This document shows, piece after piece, positions 9,815-20,661 of a stretch of 64,000 bases of DNA (positions are counted from its first letter, which is position 1; every line of letters begins with the position of its first letter). The stretch lies in NCBI GenBank assembly GCA_965197725.1, contig CBDANQ010000060.1:64001-128000 (forward strand), written 5' to 3'. The position numbers and the translations under genes were made by a program. A model generated the notes under the pieces. The model was given only the letters and a program-made list of their open reading frames with translations. It ran no database searches and was not told the DNA's origin. This stretch comes from Longimicrobiales bacterium. GTDB taxonomy: Bacteria; Gemmatimonadota; Gemmatimonadetes; Longimicrobiales; Gaopeijiaceae.

Positions 9815-10176
9815 TTAGGACCGATATAGGCATACGGCCAGCCGTAGAAGCCGCCGTCCACCACCGATGTCACGTAGTCGGGAGCAAGCTCATCCCCCAA
9901 GTGGTCTCGCTCGTGCACCGCGGTCCACAGAGTGCTCGATTCCGGGTAGAACGCGAGGGGCACCGGGTTTCGTAGGCCCCCGGCGAGTACCCGATGTCCT
10001 GAGCCATCCGCGTCGTATTCGTTGATCGCGGCCCTCCGGGGATCGGTCCCGGGCTTGGCATTCGTCGCGGAGCCCACCGCGACATACATCTTTCCCCCGT
10101 CCGGTGCGAAGATCAGGTTCCGCGTCCAGTGGCGGAAACCACCCGTTGGGTCATCGGACTCCTCGATCATCTCCAC

Positions 10177-10243
10177 CCGGCTGACGTCGATGCCGAGGCG
10201 CTCCGCCCGCGTCCGGCTGACGTCGATGCCGAGGCGCTCCGCC
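10177..10243. repeat. In-frame 36-bp tandem duplication in the dehydrogenase gene
   Basis: 31-bp identical units at 10177 and 10213 encoding AERLGIDVSR twice. Confidence 0.9.
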
Positions 10244-10989
10244 GTGTCGTGATCGAGCGCGTCACTGCCGACCGGGAGGTCCACGACGTGCTCTGGTACT
10301 CCTTGTGCCCGAAGCTGTCCCGGGGCGTATGGGAAGCGCACGACGGCATCGTTGTTCCCGACGTACAGGAACCCATCGAGGAACGCCATGCCGAACGGTC
10401 TGTCCAGCGCCGTGGCGAACGTCTCGCGGCGTTCTGCAACGCCGTCGCCGTCCCCGTCTCGGAGGAGCAGTATCTCACCGGAGCGGCTCTCGGCGACGAA
10501 GATGTCTCCGTTCGGAGCGAGGGCCATTCGGCGCGGGTTTGAGAGCCCGTCGGCGAATACGCTCACTTCGAATCCCGTCGGAACGGACAGCCTAGCGTCG
10601 GCTGGCCGCTCCACGATCGTTGGACGGGCCCGGTTCCACTCGGTTTCGAAGGGCTCGGGAAGCTGCTGGACCGACAGGACCAGCAGCACAGCGATGACAG
10701 ACATACGGGGCGACTCCTTCGAGCTCGGGTGTCATGCGATCATACGAGCGAGGGCGCGGATGGGCCAGGTGGTCAGGCCGCCGAGGGCGTGTCCCGCGTC
10801 GGTACGACGACCCGCGGGCGGCCGTCGCCGGAGGGTTCCAATTGAGCACCGTCACGGCGGTCGCGCACCGCACGGGTGGGCTTCGTGAGCGTGATCATGG
10901 CCGTCGGCGCTCTTCGCGCTGGGGCTGCCGTTGGTGTTGCTGTAGGGGATCTGCTCGCGCTCTGCTGACCTGCGCCGCATCTTGAGCGC

Positions 10990-12508
10990 ATGCCCGACCC
11001 CGTCACCCGCCTGAACGCAGCCCTGGAAGGCCGCTACCGCATCGAGCGTGAGCTTGGCGAGGGCGGGATGGCGACCCGTCTACCTGGCCGACGACCTACG
11101 ACACGAGCGCAAGGTCGCGCTCAAGGTCCTGAAGCCCGAACTAGCAGCCGTCGTCGGGGCCGAGCGGTTCCTGGCCGAGATCAAGACGACCGCGAACCTC
11201 CAGCATCCGCACATCCTGCCGCTCTTCGATTCAGGCGAGGCCGACGGGTTCTTGTTCTACGTCATGCCGCATGTAGAGGGAGAGAGCCTTCGGCAGAGGC
11301 TCGACCGCGAACATCAGCTTCCCGTGGACGAAGCGGTGCGTATCGCCGCGAACGTCGCTGAGGCCCTCGACTATGCCCACCGCCAGGGCGTCGTCCATCG
11401 CGACATCAAGCCTGCGAACCTTCTTCTGCAAGAGGGAAAGCCTGTCATCTCCGACTTTGGCATCGCGTTGGCGGTCGGCGTTGCTGGTGGAGGTCGCCTT
11501 ACCGAAACCGGACTCAGCCTCGGCACGCCCCACTACATGAGCCCCGAGCAGGCGACGGGCGACCAGACAGTGGGTCCAGCCACGGACACTTACGCTCTCG
11601 GTTGCGTGCTGTACGAGATGCTGGTCGGTGAGCCGCCGTACACCGGAAGCACGGCACAGGCGATCTTGGGAAAGATCATCGCGGGTGAACTCGCGTCGGC
11701 TACGAAGGAACGGACATCGGTCCCGGCGAACGTGGACGCGGCGCTCAGGAAGGCGTTGGAGAAGTTGCCTGCGGATCGGTTCACAGGGGCTCAGGACTTT
11801 GCCAGGGCGCTGGCGGACCCGCAGTTCCGGCATGGCGAGCAGGTCGAAGCGGTAGCAGCGGCAAGTCCAGGCCCCTGGAAGCGGGTGTCGATCGCCTTAG
11901 CTGCACTCTTCGTTCTTGCCACCGGAGTCGCTGGCTGGGCGCTTCTACGTTCGGAGGTACCGCTTTCCGTCGAACGCTTCTCGCTCGGCCTCGAAGTGGC
12001 TGGTCCTGTGATGCCGCGTGTCTCTCCCGACGGCTCGGCGGTCGTGTTTGCGGCGCCCGGAGCAAACGGAGTGCAGCTATGGCTGCGCCGTCTGGAGAAC
12101 CTGACCCCGACACCCGTTCCGGGTACCGAGGGGAACTCCTACCAACCAGCTATCTCTCCAAACGGCGAGGACGTGGCGTTCTTTGTGGGCGGGCAGCTCA
12201 AGGTGGCTCCGCTCGGCGGCGGCGTGGTGCGTACGCTGGCTGATTCGGCGCTCTGCTGCTCTCGTTGGGGGCCGGACGGTTTCATCTACTACTCGCCGGT
12301 GGGGGTGCGTAACATAAACCGCGTGCCAGCTACGGGTGGTGCGGTGGAGGTGGTGACGACGCGGGACCAGGAGGGCGACGGTCAGCACGGCGACTTCCAG
12401 GTGCTGCCAGGTGGCGAGGTCGGGGTGTTCACCGTCGGGTTCATTCCCGAGCCCCGAATTGAGGCCATGCGGCTGTCCACCGGAGAACGGAAGGTGCTGA
12501 CGCTATAG
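10990..12508 (+). pseudogene. Hanks-type Ser/Thr kinase with TM and TolB/PD40-like propeller, frameshifted near 11077 and truncated
   Basis: LGEGGMAT-VYLA split by an extra C (GCGACCCGTC); VALK, HRDIKPAN, DFG and GTPHYMSPEQ motifs; ends abruptly at KVLTL. Confidence 0.88.
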
Positions 12509-12746
12509 GGGCTGCGCATGATTCCATGCGCGCGCATAGTCCTTGGCTGGCTATCATCCGGGGTCACAAAGTACCGCCGAAAGGCTGCCAGCGGGACCGT
12601 GTGGCCCTCCGTGCGGCGGGCGCTCAGCGCACTCACGCTTGCCTCCCCTCGCTCAGCGACACCGTGCAACGAAAGAGCCGCCGCATCTGATTCTTGAGCC
12701 GCGTCCGCTCGCCGTGTGCGCCGCCGCTACGATCCTCTAGCCCGAG

Positions 12747-12775
12747 GTTTCGCATGAACTATAAGTGCGCTTTCC
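12747..12775 (+). other. Candidate MOBQ (RSF1010-type) oriT nick region
   Basis: TAAGTGCGC at 12762-12770 after a small imperfect inverted repeat, just upstream of a mobC-like ORF. Confidence 0.5.
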
Positions 12776-12820
12776 TCGTTCTGGTGAACTCGTCAAGAGG
12801 GCTCGTGCTACGCTCTGATT

Positions 12821-13050
12821 ATGGCTAAACCAGCGGATGAGCGGATCGCCGAGCTCGAAAAACAAAAGCAGCAAATCGCCAACCGGATCGCGCGGCTGCG
12901 TACCATTGAATCAACCAGGGAACGGAAGCGCGACACCAGGCGTAAACTCCTCGCTGGCTCCTGGGTGCTCGCCCGCGCCGACTAGGACCCGGACGCCGCC
13001 TCCAACAGGGCCTCGATGCCTTCCTGACCAAGCCCCAGGACCGGCGTGCG
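12821..13050 (+). pseudogene. MobC/MobS/TraD-like mobilisation accessory protein with premature stop
   Basis: MAKPADERIAELEKQKQQIANRIARLR...ERKRDTRRKLLAG; TAG at 12983-12985; not in the ORF track. Confidence 0.6.
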
Positions 13051-13921
13051 TGCTCGCGGGTACAACACCGACATGGGACTGATGCCATCCGGCGGCGGGG
13101 CACGATCGGCGGCGCGCGCGGGCCTCTCTGCGGCGCTGGGCCCAATTCGGCCATATCACCGACGAGGCGACCTGGGATCTTATCCGCAGCCATGCACCCG
13201 TGCAGGCGGACGGCGTCACCCCATTCGACACCACGCAGCGATTCGAGGGCATCAGCTACCTGGCGGTGACGGTCGGCCTGAAGTACCACTTTTGACGGAT
13301 CCCGGGCCGTCGGATCGAGCGGCTGCCGTCTGCTCGCTCACGTGGGCCTGCGGTGGTCGTCTCCGCGCGTTTCCGGGTCGTGTGTGGCGAGCCGGAAGGG
13401 CACCTTTCAGCCTGACGCGCTGGGTGCGGGGTCCGAGTAGAATCGGTAGTGGTCCAAGGATTCAGGGCAAATGGGAGGGCGAGAGAACGACTCCACCCCT
13501 CACCGTGTCGTAGTCGAAGCCGTAAGGGTATTCTCGACCCCTAGCGAAGGCGCCAGATGCTCGTGTCGTTTCTGTTCCACGTCGCTTCGGGTCAGCGACG
13601 GCCCCTTGGGGCGTGGGGCGACCCTGATTGGGTCCTTGGGATCCTTATAACGTTTCTTGTCTTTCTGTTCGGCAACAACGTGACTAGCCGGTTTGGTCAG
13701 GCAGAGGCACCTTCCGATGGTCGAGACAACGACCCTAGTGTACCGCCGCTAAAGTGGCATTAGCACGAGTGACCTTTGCCAGGATATCTTGGCCATGCAC
13801 GAAAGATAACGCCCGCTTCACGTCATGCCCATCACACTTAAGCGCCGATACACTAGCTCGGTCTCGGGCGGATTTGATCTTCGAAAATCGTCGCATCACC
13901 GACAAAAGGGGGAGGCATCGC

Positions 13922-16864
13922 ATGAATCCTGCCGGAAACTGGACTCGTTTCGGGTGCATAGCGACTATTTTGTTGCTATTTGCGACATTTCCCATCACGG
14001 GCCACGCCCAGGGGTACCTCGAAGGCACGGTTCGGGATGGTGCCACCAACCAGGGGGTGCGCGGCGCACAGGTGTTCATCTCGGCCCTCTCCATCGGCCG
14101 ACTGAGCGACGCCGACGGCTCCTTCCAGATTGGAGGCATTCCCGCCGGCACCCATGTGGTCGAGATCAGGCTGATCGGCTACGCCACGGAGCGCCAGGAG
14201 GTCAGCATCGCGGACGGCCAGGTGACGCAGCTCGACGTGACCATCAGCGAGGAAGCCATCGCGCTCGCCGGCATCGTCGCCATCGGGACGCGGGCCCGGC
14301 CACGCACCGTGACCGAATCAGCCGTCCCCGTCGACGTCATCACGAACGCGGAAATCATCAACCAGGGCGACACCGACTTCGCCAACCTGCTCCGCAACGT
14401 GGTGCCGTCGTTCAACGTGAACATCCAGCCCATCAGTGACGCGGCCACCTTCGCGCGCCCGGCCAACCTGCGCGGGCTCGCCCCCGACCACACGCTGATT
14501 CTGGTGAACGGGAAGCGCCGCCACCGCACGGCGGTCATCACCTGGTACGGCAACGGCCTGGCCGACGGGTCGCAGGGCCCTGACATCGCACTGATTCCGG
14601 GCATGGCGCTGGAGCAGGCCGAGGTGCTGCGCGACGGTGCGTCGGCGCAGTACGGCTCCGACGCCATCGCGGGGGTGATGAACTTCGTGCTCAACAACAA
14701 CCGCTCCGGCGGAGCCCTCGAGATCAAGACAGGCGGACATCTGTTCGCGACGACCAGCGAACCCTTCCAGGATGATCCGATCCCGGGCGACGGGGAGATG
14801 TACAGCATTGCGGGCAACATCGGTCTGCCTCTCGGGGAGACCGGGTTCCTCAACCTGACCGGCGAATACGGCAACACCAATCCCACCGACCGCAGCGTGC
14901 AACGGAACGACGCGCTCGCGCTGGTCGGGGCCGGCAACCAGCACGTGCGCTCTCCCGCGCAGATCTGGGGTTCCCCGCAGGTATCCGACGAAATCAAGCT
15001 GTGGGCGAACACGGGCTACCTGTTCAGCGACGCGCTTTTCTTCTACGGACACGGCAACTACGTAAGCAAGCAGGTTGAGGGCGGCTTCTACTTCCGGAAT
15101 CCGAACACCCGTAGCGGCGTGTTCGGGACCAGCAGGGACAGTACACTAGTTGACGGGACACCGGTTACCGGCCCGGAAGGTGATACATTGCAGGTTCCGC
15201 TATTGTTGGTCGGCGACATGATCGACGCGCGCGACGGAGTGCTGGACGGTTCGGCCGGCTGCCCGGAGGTACGGGTGAACGGCGGCGTCGTGACCGATCG
15301 CGCGGCGTTGAACCAGGTTCTAAACGACCCCAACTGCTTCACCTTCCAGAAAATCTTCCCGGGAGGCTTCACGCCGCAGTTCGGCGCATACGTGCTCGAC
15401 GCCTCCGCAGTGGCCGGCCTCAGGGGCACCCGGGGCCAGCTGGACTGGGACGCCAGCGCCAGCTGGGGCAAATCCAACATGGACTTCTACATGTACAACA
15501 CGGTGAACGCCTCGCTTGGGCCGAACCAGCCATGCAGCGACCAGGGCACCTCGATCGCCGTCCCGGACCAGCCGTGCACGCCGTACTTCCATCCGGGAAT
15601 CTACGATCAGCAGGAGGTCAACTTTAACGCCGACGTCTCCTACGCCGTGAACGAAAGGGTGAATGTCGCCGGCGGCGCTGAATGGAGGAACGAGCGCTTC
15701 CAGATCGTCCCGGGCGACGAGGCTTCGTGGACCGAGGGTCCGCTCGCGATCCAGGGCTTCACCCCCGGCTCCAACGGCTTCACCGGCTTCGGCCCCCTCA
15801 CCGAGGGCACCTGGAACCGCAGCAACTTCGCCGGCTACGGTGACGTCGAGTTGCGGGATCCGGCAGGCGCGTGGACGTTCGGCGTCGCCGGGCGCGTCGA
15901 GAGATTCTCGGACTTCGGCACCACGGTGAACGGAAAGGTCGCGGCCCGGACGACCGTCTCGAAGGGCTTCGCTCTGCGGGGCAGCGCCAGCACCGGCTTC
16001 CGCGCCCCCACGCCCGGCCAGCAGAACGCCTTCAACATCTCGACGATCTACGATCCCGAGATCATGGACCTCACCAACAACGGCACGATTCCGTCGACAT
16101 CCCTCTTGGCCCGAGAGTTTGGCGGCGAAGCGCTCACACCGGAGAAGTCGGTGAACATGGCGTTGGGTGCCGTGCTCGAGCGCGGCCGGTTCAGCCTCTC
16201 CACCGACTTCTTCCAGATCAACGTAAACGACCGTCTTACGACGAGCGCCGACCGAAAGCTCACCCCGGCGGAGATCGACCAGCTCGTGGCCGACAGCATC
16301 ATCCGGCCGGGCGGGGTGCTGGCGCGGTTCCGCTTCTTCATCAACGACTTCGCGACCCGCACCCGGGGAATCGATCTCGTGGCCGCCTACCAGATGGAAG
16401 GAGCGAACGGTTCCACCACCAACATCACCGCCGCCTGGAACTGGACCTCGACCCAGGTGACGGACTTCAACCCCGGCACCCTCACGGGCACGCGCATCCG
16501 CATCCTGGAGGAGGGGCTCCCGAACGTGCGCGGCAACGTCGCCGTCAACCACACATTCCCCAACGGCGTGCGTGCGCTCGTACGCGGCAGCTACTGGGGC
16601 GGCTACTACGACGGCGAGACTCCCTACTACACGGGCAGCTCGGACAATACCATCGACTATCCGGCGCGCGTCCTCTTCGACATGGAGGCAGCCCGCTCCT
16701 TCAACGATCGCTGGACGCTGACGCTTGGGGCCCAGAACGTCCTGAACACCAAGCCGCAGGAGTACCCGGGCGCGGCCGACGGCGTCGGCAACCGGTACGG
16801 CCAGTTCACGCCCTTCGGCTTCAACGGGGCCTTCCTGTACGGCAAGCTGGGGTACAGGTGGTAG
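13922..16864 (+). CDS. TonB-dependent receptor with carboxypeptidase-regulatory-like N-terminal domain
   Basis: Signal peptide; plug motifs LRGLAPDHTLILVNGKRR and VLRDGASAQYGSDAIAGVMN; C-terminal W; RBS GGAGG before ATG 13922. Confidence 0.93.
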   Translation: MNPAGNWTRFGCIATILLLFATFPITGHAQGYLEGTVRDGATNQGVRGAQVFISALSIGRLSDADGSFQIGGIPAGTHVVEIRLIGYATERQEVSIADGQVTQLDVTISEEAIALAGIVAIGTRARPRTVTESAVPVDVITNAEIINQGDTDFANLLRNVVPSFNVNIQPISDAATFARPANLRGLAPDHTLILVNGKRRHRTAVITWYGNGLADGSQGPDIALIPGMALEQAEVLRDGASAQYGSDAIAGVMNFVLNNNRSGGALEIKTGGHLFATTSEPFQDDPIPGDGEMYSIAGNIGLPLGETGFLNLTGEYGNTNPTDRSVQRNDALALVGAGNQHVRSPAQIWGSPQVSDEIKLWANTGYLFSDALFFYGHGNYVSKQVEGGFYFRNPNTRSGVFGTSRDSTLVDGTPVTGPEGDTLQVPLLLVGDMIDARDGVLDGSAGCPEVRVNGGVVTDRAALNQVLNDPNCFTFQKIFPGGFTPQFGAYVLDASAVAGLRGTRGQLDWDASASWGKSNMDFYMYNTVNASLGPNQPCSDQGTSIAVPDQPCTPYFHPGIYDQQEVNFNADVSYAVNERVNVAGGAEWRNERFQIVPGDEASWTEGPLAIQGFTPGSNGFTGFGPLTEGTWNRSNFAGYGDVELRDPAGAWTFGVAGRVERFSDFGTTVNGKVAARTTVSKGFALRGSASTGFRAPTPGQQNAFNISTIYDPEIMDLTNNGTIPSTSLLAREFGGEALTPEKSVNMALGAVLERGRFSLSTDFFQINVNDRLTTSADRKLTPAEIDQLVADSIIRPGGVLARFRFFINDFATRTRGIDLVAAYQMEGANGSTTNITAAWNWTSTQVTDFNPGTLTGTRIRILEEGLPNVRGNVAVNHTFPNGVRALVRGSYWGGYYDGETPYYTGSSDNTIDYPARVLFDMEAARSFNDRWTLTLGAQNVLNTKPQEYPGAADGVGNRYGQFTPFGFNGAFLYGKLGYRW

Positions 16865-16999
16865 CCTAAACCGATCCGCCAGCGGACGGATCAGCCGGCT
16901 CCGGAGAGTTGCTGGACGACCCTTCGGGGCCGGTCTTCTGATGGCCACGAACCGATTGCGAGGCTTCTCCCGTCGCTGACCGAAGTTGGGTCTGTAGCA

Positions 17000-17050
17000 C
17001 ACTTCCAAGCATACTTCACTTCCAAGCATACTTCACTTCCAAGCATACTT
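17000..17050. repeat. Perfect tandem repeat, 3 x 17 bp CACTTCCAAGCATACTT
   Basis: Direct reading; intergenic, 36 bp upstream of the next ATG. Confidence 0.95.
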
Positions 17051-17086
17051 CGCCCACACCCGACTCAAGAGACCCTGACTCGATCG

Positions 17087-18301
17087 ATGTCCGCGGCTAG
17101 ACGTGTTCCCTGGCTCCTGACGGGCGCCCTGCTCGCCGTCGCCAGCTGTGTGTCGTCCTCGGCACTGGAGTTGTATGAGACCAGCGATGCCCCCTGCTAC
17201 GACCGCGCCCTCGAGCCCCAGACCGCGGTCGTCGACGCGCATCTCCACTTTCGTCCCTTCGGAGGTCCCGAGATCCCGTTCGAGGAACTGGTCTCCTATC
17301 TCGAGGAGACGGGCGTGCTCTTCGCGAACGTCTACGGCATCGGCCAGACGCTCCCGGACTCATCGTCCTGCACCTACTACCTGGACTGTCCCGGCACGCC
17401 GCTGACTCCATCGCTCGACAATGACCTCGCCAACGCTGCCGAGTACGTGACGAACCCACCTTCCCGCGTTCATCTGACGATGTCGATGACCTTCCCGGAT
17501 CTGGCGCGCCCCGCCACCATTCTCCCCGCGATGCAGCGCCTGGAGGAGGAATATCCGGGTGTCTTCTCCTGGATGGGCGAGGTCAACCCGGTCAAGCAGG
17601 CCGTGTTCGACAACGGCCGCGGGCCGATTCCCGAGGAGGTCCTGGACGGGTGGGCACCGTTCATGGAGGTTCTTCGGGAACGGAACATGCCCCTCTCCAT
17701 CCACGGCGATCTGGGCAACGATGAAGACCCGACCCTGTACCTTCCGCTGATGGACGGGGTGCTTGGTCTGTATCCCGACAACAACATCGTCTGGATGCAC
17801 ATGGGATTGTTGCGGGAACTCACCGAAATGGACCCGGCCCGGCACGTCACGATCATGAAGTCGATGCTGGACCGCCATCCGAATCTGATGCTGGACATAT
17901 CCTGGCGCGTGATTGACGACACCTATTTCTCGGATCCCGACGCACGAGCTGTCTACATTCCTTTTCTGAATGAGTACTCGGAACGGATTCTGCCCGGAAC
18001 CGACTTCCTGGCATCCCGGGACAAGGAGGTGATATCGATACAGCTTATATACTCCAGGTGCGTGACTCCAGGTGACTCTTTACCATCCGGGCAATCTCGC
18101 GGGAGGCCACTGCCATCGGACTGGACGGGCAGAGCTACTTGCGAAGGTTGGACAGCCGACTTCGCATCGGCGTTGGTGGGCTCAAGCACGCCTCAACAGC
18201 AACGTTACCTCCATGGCCAGGCCATCGCTACTCTGCCACCCTTCGACCCGTTGAGCTCGCAATCTCGACCAGTGCTTCTCCCTGGGCTCTTGGGGCTATG
18301 A
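17087..18301 (+). CDS. Amidohydrolase-family metalloenzyme, probably exported; C-terminus likely replaced after about 18030
   Basis: DAHLH, MGEVN, SIHGD, WMHMG and PGTDF motifs; codon usage changes after SRDK. Confidence 0.75.
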   Translation: MSAARRVPWLLTGALLAVASCVSSSALELYETSDAPCYDRALEPQTAVVDAHLHFRPFGGPEIPFEELVSYLEETGVLFANVYGIGQTLPDSSSCTYYLDCPGTPLTPSLDNDLANAAEYVTNPPSRVHLTMSMTFPDLARPATILPAMQRLEEEYPGVFSWMGEVNPVKQAVFDNGRGPIPEEVLDGWAPFMEVLRERNMPLSIHGDLGNDEDPTLYLPLMDGVLGLYPDNNIVWMHMGLLRELTEMDPARHVTIMKSMLDRHPNLMLDISWRVIDDTYFSDPDARAVYIPFLNEYSERILPGTDFLASRDKEVISIQLIYSRCVTPGDSLPSGQSRGRPLPSDWTGRATCEGWTADFASALVGSSTPQQQRYLHGQAIATLPPFDPLSSQSRPVLLPGLLGL

Positions 18302-18414
18302 CCCCATACTCCCAACTGATGGAGTCTCCGGCAAACCCCACGCTGTCAACGGCCATCGAAAGCTGCACAGGTCTGGCCATCGAAAATTGCACACTTGGCG
18401 GAGGTGACGAGCCT

Positions 18415-19257
18415 CTAGTTCGTCGTTTTCTCCTTTGCTCTTGCTCTCTTTCTCTTCGGGGGTGAAGGGCTCGACTCCGCAGGAGGCGAGTGGAGGATCT
18501 TGGAGAGGTCGGTGTGCTTGCGCATCCGGTAGCTGCTGCCGCGGATGTTGACGATATGGCAGTGATGCAGCAGGCGATCGATGAGCGCAGCGGCCATGAC
18601 CTCGTCGCCCAAGATCTGGCCCCACTCCTCGAAGCCTTTATTGGAGGTCAGCACAGTGGATGCGCGCTCATAGCGCCGGTTGATGAGTTGGAAGAAGAGC
18701 ATTGCGCCGGTCTGGCTGACCGGCAGGTAGCCGATCTCGTCGATGACCAGGAGCGAAGGATAGGTGAGGATCTTGAGGCGGCGTCCCAGCTGGCCGGTGG
18801 TCTTGGCTTCTTCGAGCGAGGTGATGAGGTCGGCCAGAGCGCCGTAGTAGACTCTGCGCCCGCTCTGAGCCGCGGCAATGGCGAGGCTGATCGCGAGATG
18901 CGTCTTGCCGACGCCCGGAGGGCCGAGGAAGATCACGTTCTCCTTACGCTCCAAGAAGCCGAGCTCGTGGAGCGAGTCGATCTGCTCGCGCTTGATCGAG
19001 GGCTGGAAGCTGAAGTCGAAGTCGTCGAGGGTCTTGATGCCCGGTAGCCGGCTCGAGCGCATCGCAGCCTGAAGGCGGCGGTTGTTGCGCAGCGTGATCT
19101 GGGCACCGAGGAGTTGCTCGATGGCCTCCGAGGCCGTCACGCCTCCGCCATCGACCCCGGTGAGGACGTCGTCGATGGCCTCCAGCGCACCGGGCATCTT
19201 GAGATCGGCGAGCTGGGCTCGGATCCGGTCACGGCGAGAGCGAGCGGCAGCCTTCAT
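18415..19257 (-). CDS. istB: IS21 helper ATPase IstB
   Basis: GPPGVGKT, LLVIDEIGY and LIDRLLHH motifs. Confidence 0.95.
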   Translation of the reverse strand: MKAAARSRRDRIRAQLADLKMPGALEAIDDVLTGVDGGGVTASEAIEQLLGAQITLRNNRRLQAAMRSSRLPGIKTLDDFDFSFQPSIKREQIDSLHELGFLERKENVIFLGPPGVGKTHLAISLAIAAAQSGRRVYYGALADLITSLEEAKTTGQLGRRLKILTYPSLLVIDEIGYLPVSQTGAMLFFQLINRRYERASTVLTSNKGFEEWGQILGDEVMAAALIDRLLHHCHIVNIRGSSYRMRKHTDLSKILHSPPAESSPSPPKRKRARAKEKTTN

Positions 19258-20318
19258 CGGTCCCCTCCCGCGATCTGGGCATAGGCCGTGAGGGGACGTC
19301 GCTCGACGTGGATGGCCGGCAAGGACGTCGTGCCGGGTGAGGAGCGATCCGGAGGCAGGACGAGGGGGTGATACGGGCGAGTCGCCAAGGGCTCGAGGAG
19401 CAGTCGTTCACGCTCGAAGCGATCGAGGGGCCGCTCCTTCAGCGTTCCGTGGCTGCGCACCTTGGCTTCCGTCTCAAGCCAATGAAGGGCCTGCGCGTTG
19501 AGATCGTCGTCCGACGTGAAGGTGCGCCCGTAGAAGAAGCTCTCCCTGAGGTAGCGGATCGGCCGCTCCACCTTGCCCTTGGTCTGAGCCCGATAGGGTC
19601 GGCACGCTCGGATCCTGAAGTTCCAGTGGTAGGCGTAGCGCATGAACTCCGGGTTCTCGACGAGGGCACCATCGTCGTATCGACCGTCCTCGATGACGAC
19701 CGCCTTCATTTGGTCGAACAGAAGCTCTGAGGGCACGCCGCCGAAGTAGGAAAACGAAGACTCCAGGGCCAGGTGGACTTCAGCCCACTTCATGGTCTAC
19801 CGTGGTGTAGCAAGCGTGAACGCACTAGCATCGTCGTGCTGGGCTAGCTCGAGGCTGCTAGTGGGTTCACGCTTGCTACACCACGGCAGACCATGAAGTG
19901 CCCTGAAGTGCACCTGGCCCTGGAGTCTTCGTTTTCCTACTTCGGCGGCCGTCTCGAAGCGCACGACCGGCTCCTCTGGGGGTCGAGGCCGGACCTTGCG
20001 TACATAGCGCTTCACTTGGTTGTAACTGCCCGGGTAGCCAGCGGCCCGGACCTCCTTGAAGAGCCGTACAGCCGTGAGCTTCGGGTACTCCTTGAGACGC
20101 GTGTCGATCAACGGCTTGTACGGATCCAGCTTCGACGGCATCAGACATCTCGGACCGTACCCGACACGCTCTTCGTCCAACTCCCGGTCCAGTTGACCGG
20201 TCTCTATCCAGTGGTACACGGTACGGCGACTGACCCCCAGATCCCGGGCGATCACCGCCTTGTTCATCCCCTGCTCGAGGTAATGACGGAGCAGCACGCG
20301 CTTCTCCCTTCCGATCAT
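19254..20318 (-). pseudogene. istA: IS21 transposase IstA disrupted by an internal palindrome/inversion
   Basis: HTH N-terminus, SKLDPYK, RFET, FDQMKA and TKGKVER motifs; frame broken within 19737-19949. Confidence 0.9.
19737..19949. repeat. Long inverted repeat, 94-bp arms (89/94 identical), 25-nt loop
   Basis: Arms 19737-19830 and 19856-19949 compared base by base. Confidence 0.93.
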
Positions 20319-20481
20319 TGCACCTCCACGTTCTCGGTGGAGGCGCCAAGTGAGTGGATCGGCCGGAAGATCGCTCGGGGTGGTGCCTACATCCCCACTC
20401 TCCCGCCCGCTAGGTCAAAGCGCCAAGTGTGCAATTTTCGATGGCCACATGTGTGCAATATTGGAAGGCCGCTAACAACGC

Positions 20482-20582
20482 CGTTCAGCCCGCTTACTTT
20501 CTGTTCCTAGTTTGGGGCTGGGACGTCACTACGTGGGTAGCCTCGGCTGGAATCATCGGTATCGCCATCGGTTTCGGCGCCA
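20482..20582 (+). pseudogene. Fragment of an MscS-family mechanosensitive channel
   Basis: LVWGWDVTTWVASAGIIGIAIGFGA resembles MscS TM2-TM3. Confidence 0.5.
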
Positions 20583-20661
20583 ATGCGCACGCGGACTCAT
20601 TGGGCACTAGATCCCGACGACCTTCGGTGGGTCTACTTCCGCTCCCAAATTTCGCCTCCGC

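Larger units (their letters stand above)
8054..10704 (-). pseudogene. PQQ-dependent sugar/sorbosone dehydrogenase family protein interrupted by an IS
   Basis: GLSNPR, HWTR, GLRNP, GGFYGWPYAY and HAVPMGL motifs; removing the IS restores YIGPN-PEPLL in frame. Confidence 0.88.
18344..20477 (-). mobile_element. IS21-family element, 2134 bp, ACGC duplication
   Basis: TG...CA ends with repeated TTTCGATGGCC boxes; ACGC at 18340-18343 and 20478-20481; istA-istB pair. Confidence 0.93.

Noticed and set aside
11060..11090. Programmed frameshift in the kinase
   Set aside because: No slippery heptamer, and the gene is also truncated; mutation or sequencing error is simpler
13750..13921. Riboswitch or sigma54 promoter before the TonB receptor
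   Set aside because: No cobalamin or TPP consensus and no correctly spaced GG-N10-GC that I could support
17000..17050. Possible CRISPR array
   Set aside because: Repeats are contiguous 17-mers without spacers, and no cas genes are in the window
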